From NCBI GenBank assembly GCA_030688545.1, contig JAUYHT010000006.1:150001-182000 (forward strand): 32,000 bases of DNA, given 5' to 3'. Below the pieces are notes generated by a model, which did not search any database, was not told the origin of the DNA, and was given only the letters and a program-made list of their open reading frames with translations. Shown piece by piece: positions 1 to 10,100 of this stretch. This DNA comes from Candidatus Iainarchaeum sp. GTDB lineage: Archaea; Iainarchaeota; Iainarchaeia; Iainarchaeales; VGJJ01. Positions within the stretch are counted from its first letter, which is position 1; each line of letters opens with the position of its first letter. A program made the position numbers and the translations under genes.

Positions 1-2864
1 GTGGTGGGGATGAATGCGGCGGCCATACTGGGATCCACAGTCACCCTAAGTTCTCCCGATTTCCCGATGCTGATTCCCGCCGTGTGCTCAAATACGATTT
101 CCCCTTCATTGATGAGTTGAACCTTTATTTGCGTGGCTTTATCCTGTTTGGTCAAGAGCTCAACTTTCCCTGAGATCGTTTGGTATTGTTCGAGCGTTCC
201 TACGGACAACCCCTGCCCTTCTCCCCCGGGCACATCATTCGTGGCTAATCCGGTGGATCGCAATACCCGGCCATCCGTTCCCACTACTTCATATCCCGTC
301 AGTTGAACCTCCCCACTAGGGATGAATCCATCGTTGGCAATGAACACGCGGAGTTTGGGATCCGCGTACAGGGTGGGGGAGGTGCTGGTGATGACGAACG
401 AATAATCATACGATTTGTTGACTTGCGTAGTGAAGGGTGGTCCCTCCACGAGTAGTTGGTCGTTCTCGTTAAACAATTGTTCTCCCGAGAAGCAGAACAG
501 GTCATCGCACACGATGGGTTTTCCCTGGAAGTAGATCTGGTGGTAGGTCTCCGCGTACTGCCCTTCTTTCCCCGGGATGGAGGCACTCGTTCCCAGGGCA
601 CTATCATACGGGTCCCGCAGCCATTCGCTGCCTCGGATGGCCCATCCCCGATAATAGATAGGCAAACTGGTGAGGGCACCTGCCTGCGGGGAAATGCGGA
701 CATCAACCCCTATTTCATATACCCCGGGCCCAGGATTATCCCATTCCGCGTTAGCCCATTTAGCCTCACCAAACGTAAGGTTTTGGGCATCGTCATCAAA
801 CCCCAATGAGGGTTGGTAGGTGGTGCCCTTCACCACGTGCCCATTGGGGGTGTTGAGAGAGAGGATGGCCAGCACATCATTCTCCAAAAAGGCCTCATCC
901 CCCACTCGAATATGTATCCCCGCTTTATCCAGATTAGTGAGAGGAGTGGGAATGCTCCATTCGAGCACCAGGGTGTACGTTTTCCCAGCCTTGAGTTCGT
1001 TCGCCCGGGTTTGCGTGAGGGGATTACGAACCTCCTTGAGTCGAATGAAAGGAGTATCTCCCAAAATGGTGGTAGGGAGGCGGACCACAATATTCTTAGT
1101 TTCTCCGGGATAGAGCTGGTGGCTCATACTGGCGTAGGTCGCAAACCCGCTCGCTCCCACGCGAACAAATACTTTTCGATCGGCCTTGAACGATTGCGAC
1201 ACTTTTCCCACGGAATCCGTTTGAACCTGGCAAGCGCCCGCCACACATTCATCAGTGCCATCGGTGAGGAATTCCACCGTGGCAAAAGGAATGGGTTGGC
1301 CTTCCAAATCCATCACCGAAACTTCAAGGGTTCCCGTCCCCAGACGCAGGGTTATTCCTGCCTGCGTGGCGGCTCGTGTATCCGAAGTGAAAATGGGCGA
1401 ATCGCTTGGTCCCGCCGGGTATTTGGTGGCCCGCGCGAAATAGCTCCCGCTCTGCACCCCAGTGAAGGCAGCATTCCCATTGGCATCCGTGGTGCGCACG
1501 GGATATTGGTGGGCGATGAAAGAAGAGGCCGCATCATAGAGCAATACCTGCGCATTGTCCACGGGAAACCCATCTTCGTCCTGCACATGAATGGTCACGC
1601 GTCCCGAATTCTGGGGGGTCAATTTCTCCATTCCGAATACAATAGTAGGCATCCCCATTTGGATGAGCCCAATATCCTGCGTCTCACTCAAGTAATCCGG
1701 GTGGGAAACAGTAAGCAAAAAAGGTCCTTCTTCGTCCAGGGGGAATGATAATGTCCCCTCCTGGGTGGGGGTGGTTTGACTCACAACGACTTTGTTGTCC
1801 GACTTCCTAACGACATTAACCGTGGCATTGGGCAGGTAGGCCAGGGACACTTTGTCCTGCACGCGCACTAATAGCGTGCCCTGGATGGCCCGTCCCATCG
1901 TTAACGTGAGGGGGATAATCTGGTTGACCGGGATAGAAATATTTTCGCTCGTGGAGGTAGCAAATCTTCCTCCCGGATCGCTGCCACTCACGTATACTAA
2001 TCCCGTTTCCACATCCGAAAAGCTGGCCACCCCGAAGGCATTGGTGAGCAATGACTGGATGAATACTCCATCTCCCGTGAAAAGGTCCACATTCATTCCC
2101 TCTAACACCGTGTTATCCACGGCATCCCGCACGGTGACGCGCAACGTTCCCTTTTCCCGCTCTTGGGATTGCAATCGGATGATAGCATTTTCAGGGGATA
2201 ACAGATACCCTTCCAGTTTGGCATACCCATCCCCATTCACATTGGCCACGAGTCTTTCACACCCAGGAGGAGGGGTCACGGTGAATACTCCCCCACTCAC
2301 GGTTAATGAATTAGGAATGACCTCCACTCCGGAGGTGCAGGATAAAGTAACTGTCAGGGTTTTCCCCGCTAAACTCTGCCCCCCCTCATCCACTAATTGA
2401 AAGGTGAGCGCCGACCCCGCCCGGGATCGCAGGATAAAACGAAAGTCCTTTTCGGAGGAGGTAACTATGCGTTGCTCCTGAAGTGGTTGGAAGGTGTCAT
2501 CCAGTACCGCGATAGTAATGGTGGACCCGTGAGGAATGTTCTCAAGTGTTATCTTTCCCACCGAGTTGGTGATGCGATTCCGGGTTTCTCCTCCTTGAGT
2601 AAACGCCACTTCCACTCCGGGGAGGGGAGTGTTTTCCTCATCTGTGAAGGTGAACACCGCCGTGGTGGTGCCCCCTATCCCCAGGAGAGGAAGGACAATG
2701 AGCCCCAGCACCCCCAATAGGATCAACCCAATTACCAGGGAGAAGCTAGGTATTTTCTCATCTATGGGATCAATGACCTTGTAAACGGGGACATACCCTT
2801 CCAACCTGTCCAGTAAGGCATACCACTGGTCCTCCAGGCGATGATAGAACGTGCGCACACCCAT
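1..2864 (-). CDS. Giant signal-anchored surface protein, paralog G1 (N-terminal 954 codons; ORF continues past the window start)
   Basis: Hand translation of the minus strand from ATG 2864..2862 gives MGVRTFYHRLEDQWYALLDRLEGYVPVYKVIDPIDEKIPSFSLVIGLILLGVLGL... A spot check at 662..839 gives HVVKGTTYQPSLGFDDDAQNLTFGEAKWANAEWDNPGPGVYEIGVDVRISPQAGALTSLP, collinear with the AKW / PG.Y..EV blocks of G2-G4. The track lists no stop-bounded minus ORF in this frame, which fits one open frame leaving the window. Plus-strand ORFs 813..1748, 1852..2400 and 2397..2720 are its antisense shadows. Confidence 0.85.
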   Translation of the reverse strand, partial: MGVRTFYHRLEDQWYALLDRLEGYVPVYKVIDPIDEKIPSFSLVIGLILLGVLGLIVLPLLGIGGTTTAVFTFTDEENTPLPGVEVAFTQGGETRNRITNSVGKITLENIPHGSTITIAVLDDTFQPLQEQRIVTSSEKDFRFILRSRAGSALTFQLVDEGGQSLAGKTLTVTLSCTSGVEVIPNSLTVSGGVFTVTPPPGCERLVANVNGDGYAKLEGYLLSPENAIIRLQSQEREKGTLRVTVRDAVDNTVLEGMNVDLFTGDGVFIQSLLTNAFGVASFSDVETGLVYVSGSDPGGRFATSTSENISIPVNQIIPLTLTMGRAIQGTLLVRVQDKVSLAYLPNATVNVVRKSDNKVVVSQTTPTQEGTLSFPLDEEGPFLLTVSHPDYLSETQDIGLIQMGMPTIVFGMEKLTPQNSGRVTIHVQDEDGFPVDNAQVLLYDAASSFIAHQYPVRTTDANGNAAFTGVQSGSYFARATKYPAGPSDSPIFTSDTRAATQAGITLRLGTGTLEVSVMDLEGQPIPFATVEFLTDGTDECVAGACQVQTDSVGKVSQSFKADRKVFVRVGASGFATYASMSHQLYPGETKNIVVRLPTTILGDTPFIRLKEVRNPLTQTRANELKAGKTYTLVLEWSIPTPLTNLDKAGIHIRVGDEAFLENDVLAILSLNTPNGHVVKGTTYQPSLGFDDDAQNLTFGEAKWANAEWDNPGPGVYEIGVDVRISPQAGALTSLPIYYRGWAIRGSEWLRDPYDSALGTSASIPGKEGQYAETYHQIYFQGKPIVCDDLFCFSGEQLFNENDQLLVEGPPFTTQVNKSYDYSFVITSTSPTLYADPKLRVFIANDGFIPSGEVQLTGYEVVGTDGRVLRSTGLATNDVPGGEGQGLSVGTLEQYQTISGKVELLTKQDKATQIKVQLINEGEIVFEHTAGISIGKSGELRVTVDPSMAAAFIPT

Positions 2865-2907
2865 GGGTTTCCAAACCCCTATGATGGGCAATGAAGGGAA
2901 TCGGGCG

Positions 2908-2916
2908 TATATAAAG
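2908..2916 (-). promoter_or_regulatory. TATA-like box upstream of G1 (minus-strand reading CTTTATATA)
   Basis: It lies in the 82-nt gap between the coiled-coil gene stop (2947) and the G1 ATG (2864), about 48 nt upstream of that ATG. A CCCGGAATC element sits just upstream of it on the minus strand. Confidence 0.45.
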
Positions 2917-2946
2917 GTTGATTCCGGGTCTAAAAAAATGCCACCA

Positions 2947-4008
2947 TTAAAGGTCCTTATACAACTTGGGCACCCTTTCTTTTTCAAAGGGGGGAAGGCC
3001 TACTTCTACCGCCACCTGATTGAAATGGGAGATAAGGATCTTTAGTCTTTTCAAAATAGGGGCTTGGCGCTCTTGAATATCTTTGATTTTCCGCTTCCAA
3101 GTCTTTCTAGTGGATTCAGGTGCTTTTTGGTTATTCAATTTTTCCATTAGTTCTTTCAATTTGGGATTTTCTTCCCTGAGGTTATCTATATTCCGGAGGA
3201 TGGAATACAATAAAGTTATCTGCTCCCGTTGCAATCCAGGCCTCCCTATAACTCGCGACGCTCCCTCCAGTTGCCGGATGTTCCTATTCTGTTGAAATGT
3301 TAGAAGGTTGATGGCTGTCCGGATGTCTTTCTGATTTTTTATACGCTTTTCACTTTTCAAGGCGCGCTCTAATTCATACAGCCGTTGTTCCGCTAGCAAA
3401 CATCGTTTCAGAAGAATTTCCCGGGCCCTCTTTTTCGACGGTCGCTTTCTCGGTCGCCCGGTACTTGAAGGAGAATCTTTTTCTTTACTCTTTTGTTTGA
3501 CTACATTCATGGATTCCAACAGTTCTTCAAGTTCATGAATATTCGTGGGGACTCGGAGGCCATGTCGGCGCAATTCTAAACCCAATATGGCGATGTCGGT
3601 CGCAATTTTCCCTTCCAATTCAACAATATGGTTGGAAATTGATCGATAAACTTCTTCCCACACTTTCAGATTTTTGTTAGCCAACTTTCTTCTTTCCGAA
3701 TCAATTTCATTCCGAATTATCCTCAATTGTTTCAATGTTTTTTCAATCTTCAGACGAACCGCATCCGATACGCGAGAAAGTTCTTCCCTTCTTTCCTCAG
3801 ACATCCTGTCCTGGATTTTTAACTGATTTCTGGCGCCTTGTTCGATGATGTTACGCAATACCTCATTGCGGCGGGGATCAAAATCGGAAGGGTTAGGAGG
3901 AGGGCGTCGCTCTCCCTTTGGGATAATTTCTATCTTCCCAAGTTTTTGAGTAGGTCCTTTTTTCCCCCTACTCCCCCTACCAGGTGGTCGTCCTTTCCCC
4001 ATAGGCAT
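2947..4008 (-). CDS. Basic coiled-coil protein with AT-hook-like GRP motifs (hypothetical, 353 aa)
   Basis: ORF from the track. The N-terminus MPMGKGRPPGRGSRGKKGP and the internal STGRPRKRPSKKRAR are K/R/G/P-rich with GRP cores. The rest is E/K/R/L-rich and heptad-like (e.g. RREELSRVSDAVRLKIEKTLKQLRIIRNEIDSERRKLANK). Same strand as the giants, 158 nt downstream of G2 and 82 nt upstream of G1. Confidence 0.7.
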   Translation of the reverse strand: MPMGKGRPPGRGSRGKKGPTQKLGKIEIIPKGERRPPPNPSDFDPRRNEVLRNIIEQGARNQLKIQDRMSEERREELSRVSDAVRLKIEKTLKQLRIIRNEIDSERRKLANKNLKVWEEVYRSISNHIVELEGKIATDIAILGLELRRHGLRVPTNIHELEELLESMNVVKQKSKEKDSPSSTGRPRKRPSKKRAREILLKRCLLAEQRLYELERALKSEKRIKNQKDIRTAINLLTFQQNRNIRQLEGASRVIGRPGLQREQITLLYSILRNIDNLREENPKLKELMEKLNNQKAPESTRKTWKRKIKDIQERQAPILKRLKILISHFNQVAVEVGLPPFEKERVPKLYKDL

Positions 4009-4166
4009 CCCTCGTCATCCCTGTCTCCGCAGTTGCTGAATCCTTTTTGATAATTCCCATTTTTTGTTTTGAATTATTTCAAGGCGGGCATGATCCCCCA
4101 CCCCTTCCGCATCCCGGGTTTTTTTCCTCTTGGCAGCGGCATCTTATAACGACCTCATCCTTTGAC

Positions 4167-7100
4167 TTATTTCACGATGCACATCGTTTCGGCTTCTTTC
4201 TCTTGCTTGGTGAGCGCGTTCATCACTTCTTTGGGGTTCCAGAAGAATTCAATTTTCGCCCCCGTGCTGCGCACGCACATGGCATCCTGCTTCACCAATC
4301 TTAATATTTCTTCCACGCTGCCCAACCGGTTGGAGGGGGTGTTGCCCGGCAGGACATTCGTCCCATTCAGGGGAATGGAGTTTCCTTTCACTAATTCTCC
4401 CGTGAATTCCATTCCGGTCTTCCAGGCCACACGCGTGATCTGCGATTGCGATTCCTGGGGGGTGTAGAAGATGGATTTGAAGAATGTGTTTCCCGCGTGG
4501 ATGGTGTTAGCGCACCATTCAAATCCGTAGGCGATGTTCTCCTGCGCCCCCGTGAGGGCACAATCCGCATTGATGGCGCTCATATCGAAGCGGGGGGAAT
4601 AATGATCGAGCATCGCATTGTCAGCAAAATCCCGGCAGTTGGGCCCCACCCCATACCAGGGGTTGCCTTGCGCTCCGATGTAGGATTGGCTGGTGTCATT
4701 CCCCACTCCCACGGAATAGAACCCATATACGTCGCTCTGCACGGCGTCATTGGCGATACGCATCATCACCGGAGTAGCGAAGCTGGGGCTCCAGGTGAGT
4801 TGCAGCTGTTGTGTCCCCTCCTGGGTTAGGCTCAATACCGTTCCCCGCTCAATGCTGTTGAGGATGGGATATGCATTCACCGTTTTTGTTGTTAATGTCG
4901 TGACGGGGGTGGAGTCGGCAATATCGATAGTGTCCACGCTCTCCGCGAGATCCATGTTCACCTTGACTTTTTCCCCGGTGTAGTTGACCCCATACCCCAC
5001 TCTTCCTTGACCATCATCCGTACCAATGAGTCCGTTGAAGGGCAAGTAATAGAAGGGACTAATTTCCTCCACGGTGCTGGTTTTCTCCACGAGCACATTA
5101 ATCACCGCATCCACTTCCCCATTCGTGAAGAAGGGCATCCCCACCTCATCAAATCGGATATCTAAAGTCACATCATAAATTCCGGGCCCGGGGAGCAGGT
5201 ATCCTTCCGGAGGAAGAACAGATCCTTCCCTCTGCACAATCCAATGATCCCGATTAGTGAAGAACCGACGCAACCCGGTTTGAGGATCCAAATAGTAGGT
5301 GGGAGCGTCGAAGAAGCTGACCGTGGTGGCATACCTATCGAAATCCTGGAAGAAGTCGGGAGAAAATCGATCCTGCATGAGGTGGGCACGGTAATTAACA
5401 AGTCCCAGCAAGGAGTCCTTGTCGAATCCCGGGGGATAGATGAGAGATTTTCCTTCGTCCTCACTAGCTTTGATGAACGCCCCCAAACGAAGAGTAGTGA
5501 ATGGCTCGCACGCCACCAATCCAGAATTAGCGCCGATGAAGAATTCAGTGGTGATGCTATCGGAGGCGGGCTGAGAATTGAAGCAGTTCTCGCATTCTTC
5601 AGGGGTGAGGATGGCGGTGACGGTGTACGCCCCTTCACTCAAATTGGATACCACAAATCCCACACTCACCTGGCTCCCCCCGGTGGGGACGAAAACGCTT
5701 TGAGTGCGGACAATAGGATTTGTCGTCGCGCCGATGGCCTTGTATTCAATGCGAAGTTGCGCGTTGTTGGGCGCGGGGGCCTTATTCTGGATGCCCACCA
5801 CGATATTCACATCCGCCCCCCCAATCTTGTCCACGGCAATGGAAGAAATTCCAATGTCCGCCGCCGGGATAATCTGGTTTTGGCTCCCGGACAGATCATC
5901 CTGCACCGGGCACGCGAAGGGGGCGTTCTGCGTGATGAATTGGCGCAGCGTTTGCACCTTCTGGAGAGTGGCGATGGAAAACTGCGTGGCATCGCAGTAG
6001 ATGTGAGTGGCATCCCCTTGCTTGTCCACGCGTCCCGCGTCGCAGGCGTCATAGGGGATGTCAGTGAAGTTCCATTTGAAGGCCACTTTTGGAACCGCCA
6101 AGTCCCCTGTTTTCCCTGTCTTCTCGGAGAAGGTGTCACAGCTCAGGGCGATGGGGGGCACCGCCGTAGCAAACCGGCTTTCGGGGGGAATGGCATTGTA
6201 TTGGAGGTGGAATTTGCTCTTGAATTCCGTTTCGTCCTGCGCTTTCAATGCGTCTTCGTCAGGCACCTTGTTCTTGTATTTCTCTCCCGAGGCGTATTCA
6301 AATCTTTCCCCGAAAACTAAAAGGGTGCGGAATATGGTTTGGTTGACGAATTGGGAGATGTTGGTGAACGTCAACGAATCGGCCTCCACTCGCCCTGGGG
6401 TTTCTTTCTCCAGGTTTATTTTGGGCACGAGAGCTACTCCACTTTTGGTAACCCGTATGTCCTTGTCCGCCACCTGCTCATTCGCCCCTTTCTCCCCCGC
6501 AATCATGCGCATCCCCTCTATTTCCACATCCTTTCCCAACACCGTAGTATTGAATTCCTTGTCTCCCGATCCAAAATAATCGATGAGGCTCACCGCAATC
6601 GTCACCACCCCAAAGGAGACCCAGGGGTTCTGCGTCCCCAATGACAATTTCCCGGTGATTTTCCCCAGCGCACTGCCGATGGCCGACTCCTGGATCTTTT
6701 CCCGGGTGGAGGGTCGCTGGTCGGGGTTAGACTGGAGGAGCAAAACCAACCCAGTGGAGGGCATGGTTTCGGGTCCCTTTGTCATCGCTTGAGCCCATAA
6801 TTCCCGAGCCCGATCGTCGGCCTCGGAGAGATTTTCGTCGAATCCCTTCAATGCCTTATCAAAGTCTTCCAACGCCCTCCGGGCTTTCGAGACATCCTTG
6901 GCATGGATCGCGTTCTCCAAGGTGACGTGGTGGGTTCCAGCCTCCAGATCAAATAGTAATGCATTTTCGAAAAACGTTTTGTAATCAACGGACGTTGGGT
7001 TATTCGGATTGAATGTCTCGGGCACCCGATCGCGCACGACGGAGAGGCGATGATCCATATCAAGTAGGGTATGCTCCTGCTGTCCCCAAATATATTCATA

Positions 7101-10100
7101 CGCGCTCATGTCCGCTTCGGATGGCGGAGAAGGAGAGGATGTAGTGTCGGATGGCGGTGGAGTAGGCGGCGCAGGGGTCTCAGTGGTGGCGGCGGCCGCG
7201 GGATCCTCGGGCACCTTGTCGCGCCCCATGTAATCCTTTCCATCCAACCAATTCGTTCCGGCTGTTCCCAGGAAGGCAATCACTCCCGCCGCTAGTCCTT
7301 TCTTGAGGCTGTCTAGGAATTTCTTCTCGATCACCACGCGCACTTTCACCTTTTGCTGCGTGCAATGGTTTTCCAGGCGGGCGGTGTCAAATCCATCATT
7401 GGGATTATTGGGGTCATCAAATACATCGAATTCATAGCGGTTCAATTGCAAACAGGCATTAGGGTCTCTAATGCGGGCGCGGATGGTCTTGGCGCGAATG
7501 GGAACCTTGTCCTCATTCCCCTCAAGATTAACGTAAATGGGATATTGTCCCGGGTCCAATTGGTTGTCATTCACCTCAATGGTCTTTTTGTCATCCCCTT
7601 GAAGGGTGAATTGCTTCAGCGTCACTTCCAAATCGGTCTGCAGCCCCACTTCCACGGGTGACCCGCATCCCTTGGTTTCGATGGTGAAGGAATCCTTTTC
7701 TCCGGGGCGTAAATCAAGGATTTCCTTATCGTATATGACGCAGTCCCGCAGGTTGACCACACTCAATGCCGCTACCACGGTGCTCGTGAGCAATTGGGGT
7801 TTCCCTTCCTGTGGGTTTTCTGCTTGGAGAACAATATCTACTTTCGCATTCCCCTTAACCCCTCCATACGGCGTGAAATCCAGCCGTGCGATGATACTTT
7901 CCTGGGGATTGATAGTGGGGAGGAAGGGAGAGAAATAACCCGTTCGTATTTTGGCCGCACCAATGGCAGTAGGATTATCCTGCTTGAACACACTCAGAAC
8001 TATTTCCCCTAATTCATTCCCGCTCCAGTCCGCGCGCGCCGCCAATTGGCGTAAGGAAATGGGGTTGCCTCCAATGCTGCAATTGTTCTGAATGCGAAAT
8101 TCATACGTCACCGTGTCGCCGTCACTGCTCGTCTCCCAATTCCGGGGCACCGCATTGAAGCAGGTGGGGTCATCCACCGGGGCACTAATCCCTATCCCAT
8201 ATCGTAGGGGCAGGTCGAACACCCATTCCGTGCCATAACTTTCCGCCCGCACCTCGAGGACCGCATCCAAATCCACGTGTTCCAATAGCTGGCGCGCCTC
8301 CGGGGTCAATACGCTTCGCAGGTTCACCGTTAACAGTCCATTGGCCGGGAGGACATTCCCCACATAAGGAAGCAAAGCGGATTCGATCTTCTCCTTATCC
8401 AAAAGTCCCTGCAAATTACCCTGTATTTTCATGCGGGTAATGCGAAGAGGCAAGCTCGTTTGGTTGGTGATGGTGAAGGGGGTCGTTTTTTCTATTTGCG
8501 TTTTGGCATTGATGGATATCCCCAGCTTCTCTGGATCAAAGGCCAGAATGGCTCCCGATATGGCCAATTCCTGGATGGCGGGATTGAACCCCGCTTTCTC
8601 CACCTTCAGGAAGATTTTCTTCCCGGGGGCCTGGGCGGGCAAAGTGATTCGTGCGTTCCCGGCCGCGTCCGTGAACGTTTTCCCTATCACAATACCCAAA
8701 TTGTTTTCCAATGTCACTAATGCTCCTTCCACTTCATCCCCGGTGGCGGAATTCTCAGCATGCACATCTAAGGTAATGGGTATGTTGCTCGGGTAGAAAG
8801 AAGGTGTTACATCCACACGCAGATCCTTGTCCCCCGTGATGTTCACCTGGATGCTCCGGCTGAACACGGATGAGAAATCAGAAACCAATTCGAAAGTGAT
8901 TAATGTGCTTCCTGCGAGGCGCGGGATGAATTGAATGGTGCCTCCCACCTTCTTCTGGGGGGTCAAATTTCCCACTCCCAAGGGAGCGCGGAACTGGTTA
9001 TCGTTCACAGTCCCGCTCAACCGGGCATTATCCGCATTGAAAATATCATACGTCGTGAAATCAATCCCTTCATTGGATGCGCCGATGCGCAGGTTGGCAT
9101 TCGTGTGGAATCCCGTACCATTGTTCAACAGGTTGAAGGTAAGATTGTATTCATTGAATATCTGGGCGTTGAATTGTTCCCCCGCGTCCTCGATGCGCTG
9201 ATCCTCAAGATCCAGGATGGAGGCGTCGAAGCAGAATTCTTTATCACATAAAGTGGTAACCCCCACCTGGTAAGTAGCCGATTTGGTGGCGGCGTACAAT
9301 TCTTCCACCGGATTGGCATCCGAAGGATCACGTAAGATATCTCCGTTCTCGGCGCGCACCTTATAGAACAGTTTGAGCGTCTCCTGTGGGGCCACATTAT
9401 CGCGCACGCTCAGGGTGACTTCGAATTCATAAATCCCCGGTTGAGGATCCCGATGCACCGCATTCACCCATTTAGCTGCGTCGAAGGTGATGCTTTCCCC
9501 ATCACTATTCAACCCATTCTGGGGATCCCACGAGCTCCCTTTTACGACGACGGTGCGGGGAAAAGCAATACGGGAAACATACCATTCGTCCTTCTCCACG
9601 ATATCCTTCTCCCCCGTACGCACATGAATATCCATGGTATCCAAATCATCCTGCTCTTCGGGAATGCTGATTCGAAATCGGGCTTGATACTCCCTTCCTT
9701 TTCCCACGCCCGTCACAATCTTTCCGCTCGAGTCAAACAGCCCCACTAATTCCATTTGGATGGAACCCCGAGGTTGAAGGGGGGGCATCACGACCTCAAA
9801 GCGTTGTGTGGTCTCCGGAAGAATGGGCTTCTGGATCGTAGTAACCGTGGCATAGTCTGTTTTCTGCACCACTAAAAACACGTCTTTGTCCGCCTTGCTG
9901 CGCTGGCCGGAGCGAGGCAGGATATACATCCCATTCGTGTCTGTCAAATCCGCTCCCAGGAGCTGGTTCTTGAACGCATTGAATACGGTTACCTTGGCAA
10001 ATGGAATGGGGTTCCCCCGATTGTCAACCACGCGGATGCTCACCGTGCCATCCGGAATTTCCATGATCATGGTTAATGTATGCGTGGCCGGATCGTCGAT

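Noticed and set aside
813-1748. Long plus-strand ORFs opposite the giants. Examples are 813..1748, 1852..2400, 5244..6320, 15736..16644, 18404..19543 and 28161..29024, up to 379 aa.
   Set aside because: All lie antisense to uninterrupted 7-kb minus-strand ORFs. Their products are R/G/P/S-rich and low in complexity with no motifs. None has a TATA-like box. Stop-poor antisense frames are expected for GC-biased coding sequence, so I treat them as shadows.
4167-4260. A C-terminal sorting signal on the giants (PGF-CTERM/archaeosortase, LPXTG/sortase, or a C-terminal membrane anchor).
   Set aside because: G2 ends ...KQEKEAETMCIVK, G3 ends ...VPAALQCTAT and G4 ends ...APATWVDCG. None has a terminal hydrophobic helix plus basic tail or a recognisable sorting motif. 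Anchoring therefore seems to rely on the N-terminal helix.
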